A DNA stretch of 64,000 bases from Erysipelotrichaceae bacterium. GTDB taxonomy: Bacteria > Bacillota_I > Bacilli_A > RFN20 > CAG-826. Position 1 is the stretch's first letter, and every line of letters begins with the position of its first letter. The stretch covers positions 69,451-133,450 of the forward strand of contig JAYFOJ010000001.1 in the NCBI GenBank assembly GCA_034932745.1, written 5' to 3'. Below, piece by piece: positions 18,658 to 28,207 of this stretch. The notes beneath the pieces are model-generated. The model was given only the letters and a program-made list of their open reading frames with translations. It did no database searches and was not told the origin of the DNA. A program made the translations under genes and the position numbers.

Positions 18658-18801
18658 ATGAAAAAGTACATTGGACCAGGAGATCATGAGTTAACCGATG
18701 AAGAAAAAATTGAAATCTTGATGGCGATGCAAGATGCCTCAGACGAAGAATGTAATTGTGATCACGGAATAGAAGAAGAGGGCAATAACTACTTCTTATA
18801 A
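18658..18801 (+). CDS. candidate small acidic protein (47 aa) with a CxC motif
   Basis: AAAGGAGAA SD lies 6 nt before the ATG. Followed by a terminator. Divergent from the XRE regulator. Too short to appear in the ORF track. Confidence 0.3.
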   Translation: MKKYIGPGDHELTDEEKIEILMAMQDASDEECNCDHGIEEEGNNYFL

Positions 18802-18822
18802 TAAGTTCTTACATTTATATCA

Positions 18823-18847
18823 AAACCGGCTAGTCCGGTTTTTTTAT
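18823..18847 (+). terminator. rho-independent terminator
   Basis: Stem aaccgg/ccggtt followed by a T-run. Confidence 0.55.
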
Positions 18848-18875
18848 ATCTATAAAATTGTGGTAAAATGCAAAT

Positions 18876-19724
18876 ATGACAAAAAAGGCTTTAGTTCTTC
18901 AAGGCGGTGGACTTCGTGGAGCTTTTACAGCAGGAGTTCTCGATGTCTTTATTCAAAACGGAATAGAATTCGACTATATAATCGGTACTTCTGCTGGAGC
19001 TTTAAACGGGACTAACTATATAACAAAGCAGGTCGGGCGCTCTTTTGGGATTATTTATGGATTTTGTCACGACCATCGATTCGGTTCTTTTTCAAATCTT
19101 ATTAAGAATCACAATTATTTCGATTCAAATTATTTGTTCAAAGATATATCGGAAAAGATTTTACCTTTTGATTTTAAAACTTTTAATGAATCAAAAACTG
19201 TTTTTTATTGCGTTGCTACTTGCTTACAAAATGGAGGCGCTACTTATTTTTCGAAAGAGAGAAGCGATTTTTGGAAGTGTTTGGGTGCTTCGATGAGTTT
19301 GCCTTTAATCTCAACCCCAGTAGAAATAGACGGTAATGAATATCTAGATGGTGGAAATAGTGAACCGATCCCTTTTAGAAAGCCAATGGATGAAGGCTAT
19401 CAAAAAATTGTTATTATTGAAACTAGAGAAAAATCATATCGAAAAGAAAATAGAAGATTAGCCAATCGAATATATAATAGGCTATATGATAATTATCCAG
19501 AATATTTAAATTGTCTTCGCGAATACTCGAATATATATAATAATAGAGTCGAGACAATTGAATTTTTGGAAAAGAGCGGAAAAGTCTTTGTAATTAGACC
19601 AGACAAGCCAGTTTCGGTTTCTAGAACGGAAAAAAACAAAGAAAAGATTAAAAACCTTTACGACGATGGAGTGAGGGTTGCTAAAGAACTTCTAGATCCT
19701 CTTCGAAAATATATAGGAGAATAA
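18876..19724 (+). CDS. patatin-like phospholipase
   Basis: GGGLRG oxyanion motif and GTSAG (GxSxG) serine motif. A TGgTAAAAT extended -10 ends 7 nt before the ATG, so the transcript may be leaderless. Confidence 0.85.
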   Translation: MTKKALVLQGGGLRGAFTAGVLDVFIQNGIEFDYIIGTSAGALNGTNYITKQVGRSFGIIYGFCHDHRFGSFSNLIKNHNYFDSNYLFKDISEKILPFDFKTFNESKTVFYCVATCLQNGGATYFSKERSDFWKCLGASMSLPLISTPVEIDGNEYLDGGNSEPIPFRKPMDEGYQKIVIIETREKSYRKENRRLANRIYNRLYDNYPEYLNCLREYSNIYNNRVETIEFLEKSGKVFVIRPDKPVSVSRTEKNKEKIKNLYDDGVRVAKELLDPLRKYIGE

Positions 19725-19726
19725 AA

Positions 19727-21082
19727 ATGGAACAAAAAGCAAAGATTAAAGAATTTAGCTCGTTAATTGCCTTTTTTGTATTTGAGCTTCTTTCCCTGGT
19801 TGCATTTACTCTCGGGAATTCAATAATTCTTTATAGCGGACTATCTATAGCGATTGCGATTTTTGTTATTTTCACTGGTTATAAAGAATTTAAGAAAAAA
19901 GAGTCGATGAGTTTTTTAATCTTCCTTATTCCTTTATTTATATTTGGCGCGTTAACCGCCTTTAGTCCTTTCTCGCTTTCTAATGTGTCGATAATTGTTA
20001 ACATTCTTTCGTTTCTTGGAATTATGTCTTTTGCTCTTATTGGATATCTTTCAAAATCTATGCCAGGATTTAAAATTTCTACGGCTTTGCTAATAATTTA
20101 TGGTTCATTAGCGGTGCTGGTATTTCTTTCTCTTTTGTTAACGATGATAGCCTATGTTCCATTTTATCCATTTCTTTATAACGGCATGGCTGTTTACTAT
20201 AATGGAACACCATATCCAGCATATACTGACGCTAAACAACTGATGGGATTCGCTTTTTCTGATGTTTCATTAGAGTACTTTTCCTTATTTTCAACTTTGC
20301 TTTTTACTAGCGTAGTCGCGCTTAGATTCATAAATAGAAAAGAAAATCGTCTTGAATTTGTCCTTTATTGTGTGTTCGCTACGCTTGGTTTATTGAGTTT
20401 AGTTTTAACGATTAATAAAATCAACGCGATAACAGATGTCCTTGTTATATTCTTCTTATTGTTTGTTACTTTCTATCCAAAAAAAGGTATGGGCGCCAAG
20501 GTTCTTAAATATCTATTCTTCGTCGGTCTTGTTTGTCTATTCTTGGCCTTCGTGGTTTTCTTTGTTAACTCTCAAAGCGAGTGGACATGGGCTGCGCCAA
20601 TTCAAAACATGATAAGCGGCAGTGGGATACTAAATAAAGTATTTAATACTAATAGAATTTCCTTAGCGATTAAAAATACATTAGATGGATGCATTACTTC
20701 TGGTAGATTCTTTGGTTATAGTGGACCAGCATATGTTTTGATCGACGGTAGCTATTTATCGAAATCATTCATATTTGATTCCATTTTGACTTCTGGTGTT
20801 TTGGGTGCTTTATCTCTAGTTATATTCATTGTATTCAGTTATTTCTCACTCAAGAGATATTATGTTTTTTCAAAAGATAATGATGCGTACAAGAATTTAA
20901 TAATTGCCTTCTTTGGCACTTTCCTAATTTATGGCATGTTCGCACTCGAAAGCAGTCCAGAAACACACAATATTTATATTCAACCGTTGACGTGTAATGC
21001 GATGTTCTTAATAACAGTATTCTTAGTCGGTTATTCCTATACTGCTAAAAAACGTGAAACTGAGGTGATTGCTAATGCATAA
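19727..21082 (+). CDS. polytopic membrane protein, possibly O-antigen ligase/polymerase-like
   Basis: Size 451 aa with 10 or more TM helices and one large loop. The family assignment is tentative. Confidence 0.6.
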   Translation: MEQKAKIKEFSSLIAFFVFELLSLVAFTLGNSIILYSGLSIAIAIFVIFTGYKEFKKKESMSFLIFLIPLFIFGALTAFSPFSLSNVSIIVNILSFLGIMSFALIGYLSKSMPGFKISTALLIIYGSLAVLVFLSLLLTMIAYVPFYPFLYNGMAVYYNGTPYPAYTDAKQLMGFAFSDVSLEYFSLFSTLLFTSVVALRFINRKENRLEFVLYCVFATLGLLSLVLTINKINAITDVLVIFFLLFVTFYPKKGMGAKVLKYLFFVGLVCLFLAFVVFFVNSQSEWTWAAPIQNMISGSGILNKVFNTNRISLAIKNTLDGCITSGRFFGYSGPAYVLIDGSYLSKSFIFDSILTSGVLGALSLVIFIVFSYFSLKRYYVFSKDNDAYKNLIIAFFGTFLIYGMFALESSPETHNIYIQPLTCNAMFLITVFLVGYSYTAKKRETEVIANA

Positions 21083-21971
21083 TTCGATTAAAAAAGTATC
21101 TCTAATTCTGATGGTCGGAGTCTTGTCTTCATGTGGATACAACCTTAAAGAAGTATACGATGGTGATGCATATAACTCACCATTGTTCGGCGAAAATTAC
21201 TATCGAGTTTATGATTCAGATATCGATCCAAATAATCCAAATAATAAAATTAACGAAACTGCCGATATCGAATTAAATAGCGACGCTGATTTAGTTGGCC
21301 TAAAGTATACCGATGCTTGGGGATTAGATACCGCTATTCCTAATACAAATCGCGGAGAAACCGAATACGATCAAGGTAAACTTCATTATTTTGGTTACGA
21401 GTATCCAAAAGATGATCCTAGTTTGATTGGTGTCGGATATGGCCCGACAAGAAGAATGAGCCGTATTGACTCGATTTTCTCTTATGGATACGTATCAAAA
21501 TTATTTGATGGTCAAATGTTTTGTGGTGGCCTTTATGAAAGAGCAAGAGTTCAAATCGACAACACTGGTTTTGGTCGACTTTTTGAAAAAGAGGTAACCG
21601 ATCAGACTGGCGCCTATTTTGCCCTTAATTTAAAAGGCGCTGCGAACAGTATAAGTGGAACAACGGACATTCAAGCACACATGTCAAAGGTAAATCTACA
21701 CATCTCTTTCTTTTTAAGAAACGGCAGTGGATACAAAAAAGTCACCGCATCATATGTGATTAATGAAATGCCGACAAGATACAATGAAATGCCTGATAAT
21801 TATGTATTTTTTACCTTCGCGTTAAATCCAGAAAGAATCGACATCAAAAGATGCGCTGGATTCTCGATTGCATATGATTTATTAGATGATGGAATTTATA
21901 CAGGAAATCCAGATATTCAACACGCTTTGCTTCTATATGAAATGACAATGCCTTTTACTTCTTGGCGCTGA
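21075..21971 (+). CDS. hypothetical lipoprotein
   Basis: Lipobox VLSSC. GAGGTGA SD 6 nt before the ATG at 21075. The track start at 21069 is a TTG. Confidence 0.7.
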   Translation: MHNSIKKVSLILMVGVLSSCGYNLKEVYDGDAYNSPLFGENYYRVYDSDIDPNNPNNKINETADIELNSDADLVGLKYTDAWGLDTAIPNTNRGETEYDQGKLHYFGYEYPKDDPSLIGVGYGPTRRMSRIDSIFSYGYVSKLFDGQMFCGGLYERARVQIDNTGFGRLFEKEVTDQTGAYFALNLKGAANSISGTTDIQAHMSKVNLHISFFLRNGSGYKKVTASYVINEMPTRYNEMPDNYVFFTFALNPERIDIKRCAGFSIAYDLLDDGIYTGNPDIQHALLLYEMTMPFTSWR

Positions 21972-21972
21972 T

Positions 21973-22872
21973 TTATTTTTTGTCGATATCAATTTTAAGC
22001 CATTTACCGATCTCGTTATCGGCTTTTGGGTCATCGAATATAAGAGTTCCTTTAGCGGGGGTAAAAGTCATCTCCGATAAATAAACTTTTCCGTCGATAT
22101 TATACAAATCCACTCTTACGAACGGGAATGGTTTTGCGAGTTTCTCAGCAATCTTCACCATTTCATCCCAATTATCGGGTTTAACTAGTTCCTTACTAGT
22201 TTTTTTCCAGCCATTAAATTGCGCTCCATCAAAAGGAGTCCAATCGATATAGTAATTGTTATAGCGAATGTCGGTTCCTCTACCGGTGACGACATACATA
22301 TATTTAGCGACACCGTTAAAAACATGAATTTTATATTCCGTTGGAGCCTTACCTAAGTATTTTTCAATAATGATTTGCGGTTTGATTTTTGAATAATGCA
22401 TTTCGACGGTTTTCTTACCGTAATTTGTTCTTAACCACCTGCGGAATTTAATTCTTAAAAGTGGGATATCGATGGTGCTCTTATCTAAGCAAATGTAATT
22501 AAACGCACACGCATGGGAACACTTCATAACGAATTGATCAGGTAGTCTTTCAAAATCAATTTCATCAAAACTATCGTAGATTCCATAAATAGGAACTAGG
22601 ATACTTTTTAACTTGTTTTCCGTGACATATTCTCTTACCCCGACTCGACCTGCACATTTCGAAACAAGATCGTTTTTTGGATATGTAAAAAGTCTTAAAT
22701 ACTGAAGTTTTTCAGTGTATTTTGTTGGGTTTTTCAAATTGAGTTCATTATGAGTTATATACTTATACTGGTATTTAACATACCAAATTTTTGAAATTGA
22801 TTTTACAATTCCTCGAAAAGGAGATACCAACGCTCTTTTTAATTTGTTTTCTTTGAGATTTTTGTTAGCCAT
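21973..22872 (-). CDS. TupA-like ATP-grasp protein (surface polysaccharide biosynthesis)
   Basis: N-terminal region (LNLKNPTKYTEKLQYLRLF..EYV) resembles the TupA-like ATP-grasp family. Confidence 0.65.
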   Translation of the reverse strand: MANKNLKENKLKRALVSPFRGIVKSISKIWYVKYQYKYITHNELNLKNPTKYTEKLQYLRLFTYPKNDLVSKCAGRVGVREYVTENKLKSILVPIYGIYDSFDEIDFERLPDQFVMKCSHACAFNYICLDKSTIDIPLLRIKFRRWLRTNYGKKTVEMHYSKIKPQIIIEKYLGKAPTEYKIHVFNGVAKYMYVVTGRGTDIRYNNYYIDWTPFDGAQFNGWKKTSKELVKPDNWDEMVKIAEKLAKPFPFVRVDLYNIDGKVYLSEMTFTPAKGTLIFDDPKADNEIGKWLKIDIDKK

Positions 22873-22922
22873 ATGTTTTTAGTATACATTCTTTTTCTTT
22901 TTGTTGTGATAAACTGTAAAAC

Positions 22923-23300
22923 ATGCCACTAAAGAATGCATTTAAAAACAAAAAGAACTATATATTCGGTGGAATACTATCATTCATCGGTTTTTTACCT
23001 TTCATCATTGAATCAATTCTCAATATTCCAGCTTTAAATAGCGGCGGTGGAGAATGGTATGTTTACGCAACTGGTCTTATTGCGACACTATATTTTTTAA
23101 TTGGCTTTATTTGGGGCGATTTATACTCTGCTAATATTCGTCGTAAAACAAAGAACTGGGATGGTCCGCTGCCAGAAGAAGTTAACACCTCTGCTTGGAA
23201 CAGAAGACTTCCCTGGTGGATGGCGACCGTTCTAGTGGTCATTCTCTTAGTTGTTATATCTTTAATTTTTACTTTTACTGGTCATTACCCATATTGCTAG
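22923..23300 (+). CDS. small hypothetical membrane protein
   Basis: Size 125 aa with 3 hydrophobic helices. Confidence 0.5.
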   Translation: MPLKNAFKNKKNYIFGGILSFIGFLPFIIESILNIPALNSGGGEWYVYATGLIATLYFLIGFIWGDLYSANIRRKTKNWDGPLPEEVNTSAWNRRLPWWMATVLVVILLVVISLIFTFTGHYPYC

Positions 23301-23333
23301 AAAAAGTCACGCTACTTGTAGTTGCGTTCTTGA

Positions 23334-23358
23334 AGAACGCTTTTTTTCTTAATATATG
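23334..23358 (+). terminator. rho-independent terminator
   Basis: Stem gcgttc/gaacgc followed by TTTTTTT. Confidence 0.55.
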
Positions 23359-23474
23359 TTTACATATATTTTTCGCACACGCGTAAATTAGTATTTGATT
23401 TTGAATGGTCATCGTAGTATTTTATTAACAATCATTCAATGATTGATATTTTCGAAGGAAAGGAGAAAAAAAGA

Positions 23475-25859
23475 ATGAAAAAAACTACAAAGGTTTTAGG
23501 TCTTTTGGCTCTCGCTGGCACGTTAGCTGCATGCGGCAACCAAATGAAAACTGGTGTTATTCCTGATAGCGACCCATATTTTCCAGGAAAAGTTGTGAAG
23601 TATGAATACAACTCATTAGTCGCTACTGCTATCACCGAGTTGAACTACCTCAAAACACAAGCAGGTGCTTCCGCAACCCATTTTGCGAACTTTGAAGATG
23701 GACTTCTCTTACATAACAACTTTAGTGTTCTAGAAAAGAATCTCGCTACCAAAGTAACGCAAGTGAACTCTTACAAACAGTTCGACATCGACATTAGGTC
23801 AGGTGTTAAATGGGTTAGTTTTAACGGGGAACAATACGCTCCAGTTGTTAATGGTATTGCCACTCCACAATTCGTGTCTGCTAATGACTTCGTCTCGAGT
23901 GCAAAAGCAATCTTGACGGCGCCAAACGCTTCTGACACAGCGTACTTGATTTACAACTTCGTCGATGGTGCAATCGATTTCTACGAGGCAACATACCTCA
24001 TGGATAAAATTGCTAACGGAGGTTCTGCCTGGGCTCAATATAAGGACAATGCAAAATTTGCCACTAAATTGAACTCTCTCGTCAAAGAGAAAACAGGCAT
24101 CGATCCAAATCACACAGCCGACGAGGTCGACGACATTAAGAACTTTAAACAAGTTGGTATCAAAGTGATAACTGAACCAGGTGCTCAAGGTGGAGGATCG
24201 ATTCGATACACACTTAAGAACAACGCTGTTTATTTCCCAACATTATTAACTTACTCTTGCTATCTTCCAGTGAACGAATATTTCTTAAAGGAAATCAGAT
24301 TCACAAACTTTGGTTCCGCTCCAGACAAATTGCTCTATTGCGGACCATATAGATTGACGAAATCTAGTGAAGTTGAAATCGTTTATGAAAAGAACGAATC
24401 ATATTGGAACTTAGATAAGATTCACGTCGATAGAATTCACTATCAAGTCGCCCCTGCAGATGCAAGTTACGATTATACTCGTACAGAATTTGAACAAGGA
24501 CGTATCGATGGATTTACGATTAGTACAAAGGATACCGAAGGATGGCAAAAATACATTACTGGTCCTCAAGGTACCGGCACTATTCTCAATCCATACAACG
24601 CATATGTTAACTCTCGTGATTACGATTACATCGATTACGTTTACGGTTTAAACGTTAACGTCTATCGTGCTAGTAACACAAGAACTGGCACAGTCTCTGG
24701 CAAATCATATGCCACTACTGGATTTGGTGGTTCTACTGCAACAGTTAAGAACACCGAAAAAGCCCTTCTCATTAAAGAAGTTCGTGACTTAATCATCGCT
24801 TCTTTCGATATTAAGGAATACTGCAAGAGAAACAGTGATTTACCTGAATATCAAGCCCAATACATGATTAATACCTATGTTCCTCGTGGATTCGTTATGG
24901 ACGATAATGGTAACGACTATACAAAGACCCACTACTACGAAGAATATGGTCTTCACAACTTAGATAAATGTGCTAGTGACACCGATCCAACCAAAGTTGA
25001 TTTGAATAAAGTTGACGCAATTATTGGCCAAGGTCAATATGATGGCGTTCAAGTAGCTTACGACGATCTCGCTCCTTTAAGAGACAAGGCAACAGCAGCT
25101 ATTAACGCTTACAACGCCGATAATGCATCTTCTCCAATTACTCTTCCAATTAACCTTGAATTCTATACAATTTGGAACGATGACGAGACAAAAGCTATTG
25201 ATGAACCTCTCATCCTATCGATGAATCAACGCATCAATGGTATGCCAACAACTACAGCATTTACCAAAACCACTCCAAATCTCGTATTCTACGTTATCCC
25301 AACAAGTGATGTTACAACCTCTAACTATGAGACAGTTACTAACAATGGTAACTTCGACATTTGTGACACATGGGGTTGGGGACCAGACTACGGTGATCCA
25401 ATGTCTTATTTGAATACCTATGCAGTAGGCGGAGACTGGAGCAGTATCTTCGGCTTCGTCGGAACTGACTGCCCTAACTATCATTTAGATAACGGAACAT
25501 TGGTTCGCGATGAATCTTTACTCGGTGATTACACCGCAAAAGTTAATGAAGCAAGTAATGAGTATGAGGACCTTAATACTCGTTTCGATTACTTCGCACA
25601 AGCCGAGTACATGCTCATTAACGAATTAGGAATTTATAAACCACTCACCATGCAAGGTCAAGGACGTCAAGTATCTATCTCTTATGCAGCTGGATATGAA
25701 ACTCCACAAGGCGCTTATGGTCTATCGAGCAACCGTCTTGAAGGACTATGGGTAATGGTCGATAACATCCTTAGAACAGATCGTATGAAAGCGATAAAAG
25801 CTTTTGAAGATAACAAAGCAGCTTATGCAGCTGCACACGGTGCTATCAACATTTACTAA
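23475..25859 (+). CDS. oppA: oligopeptide ABC transporter substrate-binding lipoprotein
   Basis: Lipobox LAAC and SD AGGAGAAA. Large (794 aa) solute-binding protein placed upstream of oppBCDF. Confidence 0.8.
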   Translation: MKKTTKVLGLLALAGTLAACGNQMKTGVIPDSDPYFPGKVVKYEYNSLVATAITELNYLKTQAGASATHFANFEDGLLLHNNFSVLEKNLATKVTQVNSYKQFDIDIRSGVKWVSFNGEQYAPVVNGIATPQFVSANDFVSSAKAILTAPNASDTAYLIYNFVDGAIDFYEATYLMDKIANGGSAWAQYKDNAKFATKLNSLVKEKTGIDPNHTADEVDDIKNFKQVGIKVITEPGAQGGGSIRYTLKNNAVYFPTLLTYSCYLPVNEYFLKEIRFTNFGSAPDKLLYCGPYRLTKSSEVEIVYEKNESYWNLDKIHVDRIHYQVAPADASYDYTRTEFEQGRIDGFTISTKDTEGWQKYITGPQGTGTILNPYNAYVNSRDYDYIDYVYGLNVNVYRASNTRTGTVSGKSYATTGFGGSTATVKNTEKALLIKEVRDLIIASFDIKEYCKRNSDLPEYQAQYMINTYVPRGFVMDDNGNDYTKTHYYEEYGLHNLDKCASDTDPTKVDLNKVDAIIGQGQYDGVQVAYDDLAPLRDKATAAINAYNADNASSPITLPINLEFYTIWNDDETKAIDEPLILSMNQRINGMPTTTAFTKTTPNLVFYVIPTSDVTTSNYETVTNNGNFDICDTWGWGPDYGDPMSYLNTYAVGGDWSSIFGFVGTDCPNYHLDNGTLVRDESLLGDYTAKVNEASNEYEDLNTRFDYFAQAEYMLINELGIYKPLTMQGQGRQVSISYAAGYETPQGAYGLSSNRLEGLWVMVDNILRTDRMKAIKAFEDNKAAYAAAHGAINIY

Positions 25860-25890
25860 AAGTAAATAAAATGTTAGATTCATTCAACTC

Positions 25891-25923
25891 ATTAGGGTAG
25901 AGGCCTAACGACCTCTCCCTAAT
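25891..25923 (+). terminator. attenuator/terminator-like hairpin between oppA and oppB
   Basis: Imperfect stem attaggg(t)agagg/cctctccctaat with no strong T-run. It may modulate the oppA to oppBCDF expression ratio. Confidence 0.35.
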
Positions 25924-25947
25924 TTGTTGCATAATAGAGGAGGTAAA

Positions 25948-27120
25948 ATGGAAAGTTATTTAATTGGCTATACAATACTTGGACTTCTAGTATTATTTGT
26001 CATATTCTCGATATTGGTTAAGAAAAGAGTATTGTTTGGAAACACGCCTTCAATGCAGAAAATATTTGCGCATCCACTTCTCCATTATTCTCTAAGAAGA
26101 ATTGGCTCTGCTCTTATTTCTGTCACGCTTGCAATTCTTGTTACCTTCTTCTTAGTTAGATTAGCTCAACCGGCTGATCAAACATGCGTCCTTAAATTCT
26201 CTGGGCCACATGTCACCCCAGAATTATTTGAATTACAATGTAATGCTTGGAAAAAAGAAATGGGCTTCAGCGGCTCAATATTTGAACAATTGTGGCATTT
26301 CTTTTATTCAATCCTTCCATTTCCAAAAACATTATGTCGCGTAAGTCTAGATTCAATCACGTTGACATACACTGTTAGCGACTGCCGTAACTTTATTATC
26401 GATTTAGGTAAGATTTCTGATTTGCCAGGCGTTGAAGACGGAATTTACGTTATCGATTACATGCTCCCAAGAATGGCAATTTCATTCAAGATTGGCTTCA
26501 TCGCCACTTTAGTCGAGCTTGGCCTAGGATATCCACTTGGTGTTTTGATGGCTAAGTATAAAGATGGTGCTTTTGATAAAATCGGTCTTGGATATATTAT
26601 CTCGATCGACGCTATTCCTGGAGTTGCTTACTATTATATATGGATGGCCATTTTGTGTGGCCTTTTAGGCTTGCCAAGAGCATACTCCGAATCTAACTTC
26701 TTAAGCTGGTTGCCAGCGATTCTTACCATGGGCTTTACTGGTATGGCTGGTATTTCGATGTGGGTTAGACGTTTCATGGTCGACGAATTCACTTCAGACT
26801 ACGTAAAATTCGCTCGCGCTAAAGGATTAAGTGAAAATAGAATCATGTTCACTCACGTTTTAAGAAACGCGATTGTCCCACTTGTTAGGTCAATTCCTGC
26901 TGCTGTTATCGGAGCCCTTTTAGGAACATACTTCCTAGAAAATATTTATAGTATTAATGGTATTGGCGCTGCCCTTATTGTTGCCAACAGCACTAAGAAC
27001 GCAATGCTTTTACAAGCAATTATCATCATATCGGCATTCTTGTCGATTATTTCATATTTGTTAGGCGATATTGTCACTGCAATGGTTGACCCACGCGTCA
27101 GCTTTTCAGATGCAGACTAA
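25948..27120 (+). CDS. oppB: oligopeptide ABC transporter permease
   Basis: Binding-protein-dependent permease with an EAA-like loop (ARAKGLSENRIMFTHVLRNA). SD AGAGGAGG upstream. Confidence 0.85.
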   Translation: MESYLIGYTILGLLVLFVIFSILVKKRVLFGNTPSMQKIFAHPLLHYSLRRIGSALISVTLAILVTFFLVRLAQPADQTCVLKFSGPHVTPELFELQCNAWKKEMGFSGSIFEQLWHFFYSILPFPKTLCRVSLDSITLTYTVSDCRNFIIDLGKISDLPGVEDGIYVIDYMLPRMAISFKIGFIATLVELGLGYPLGVLMAKYKDGAFDKIGLGYIISIDAIPGVAYYYIWMAILCGLLGLPRAYSESNFLSWLPAILTMGFTGMAGISMWVRRFMVDEFTSDYVKFARAKGLSENRIMFTHVLRNAIVPLVRSIPAAVIGALLGTYFLENIYSINGIGAALIVANSTKNAMLLQAIIIISAFLSIISYLLGDIVTAMVDPRVSFSDAD

Positions 27121-27131
27121 GGAGGTGCGAC

Positions 27132-28193
27132 ATGGCAAAAGAAGAAAAAGATATCTTTCGCGAAGTAAGCGAAGAGACAGTTCCTGTTGAAGCAACAGTT
27201 GAACAAAATGTTGCTGATTTATTTAAAGTTGTCGGCACCACACCAGAAAACAGTGAAAAGGTCGACAGTGTTCCGTTTTCCTATTGGAGAATGACTTTCA
27301 AAGAATTATTTAAAAAACCATTTGTTATCGTTTGTTTGTTTTTAATTCTTATCGTCGTATTCCTTACTATTTTTGGACCTCTAATTAAGTTTTATCCACC
27401 TGTCATCGGACACGGTATCAACGTTTCGATGGGTGAGAAATTCTACGACCCGCCATATTACTACGGACCAGATGCTGATCACTGGTTTGGTATTTGTGGT
27501 ACTAATATGGGCACTTGGTTTAAAGGCACAGACATGTGGTCTTGTGTGTGGGCCGGCGCTCGTCTATCACTTCTTCTAGGAGTTGTCGTCGCTTTAATCG
27601 ACACAGTTTTAGGTATCGTAATCGGCGCTGCTTGGGGCTACTTTAAATGGCTAGACCCAATTCTAATTGAGTTCAGAAACTTTGTTAATAACATTCCAAC
27701 CCTTTTGCTCGACATTTTATTAATGCAAATGTTGATGAAATATATGTCTCAATACGGTTTTGTGATTATTGTTTTCTTATTATGCGCACTCGGTTGGTTA
27801 GGACTAGCTTCGTTTGTACGTAACCAAATCATTATTATTCGTAATCGCGAATATAATATCGCTTCGCAAACCCTTGGTTCATCTTCGTGGACCATGATTA
27901 GTCATAACCTACTTCCATATCTAATCTCCGTTATTGTTACGGTTGTTTCGACTGCAATTCCAGAAGCTATTTCGGCCGAAGTCGGATTAGCGTACTTCAA
28001 CCTTTCTTTTAAAATTTCAGATGGAGATATAACTCTAGGACAAGTTTTAACCCAGGCGGTCAAAGATAACGCCTGGATGTCACACCCGTATCTACTTTTA
28101 GGACCGATGATAGTGATGGTGCCGTTAACGATAGCATTCTTCTATCTAGGCCTCGCGATTTCGGACGCAACGGATCCGAAATCCCATAGGTAA
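27132..28193 (+). CDS. oppC: oligopeptide ABC transporter permease
   Basis: Second permease of the operon. Polytopic with an OppC-like C-terminal half. Confidence 0.85.
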   Translation: MAKEEKDIFREVSEETVPVEATVEQNVADLFKVVGTTPENSEKVDSVPFSYWRMTFKELFKKPFVIVCLFLILIVVFLTIFGPLIKFYPPVIGHGINVSMGEKFYDPPYYYGPDADHWFGICGTNMGTWFKGTDMWSCVWAGARLSLLLGVVVALIDTVLGIVIGAAWGYFKWLDPILIEFRNFVNNIPTLLLDILLMQMLMKYMSQYGFVIIVFLLCALGWLGLASFVRNQIIIIRNREYNIASQTLGSSSWTMISHNLLPYLISVIVTVVSTAIPEAISAEVGLAYFNLSFKISDGDITLGQVLTQAVKDNAWMSHPYLLLGPMIVMVPLTIAFFYLGLAISDATDPKSHR

Positions 28194-28207
28194 AGGAGGA
28201 TTTGATT

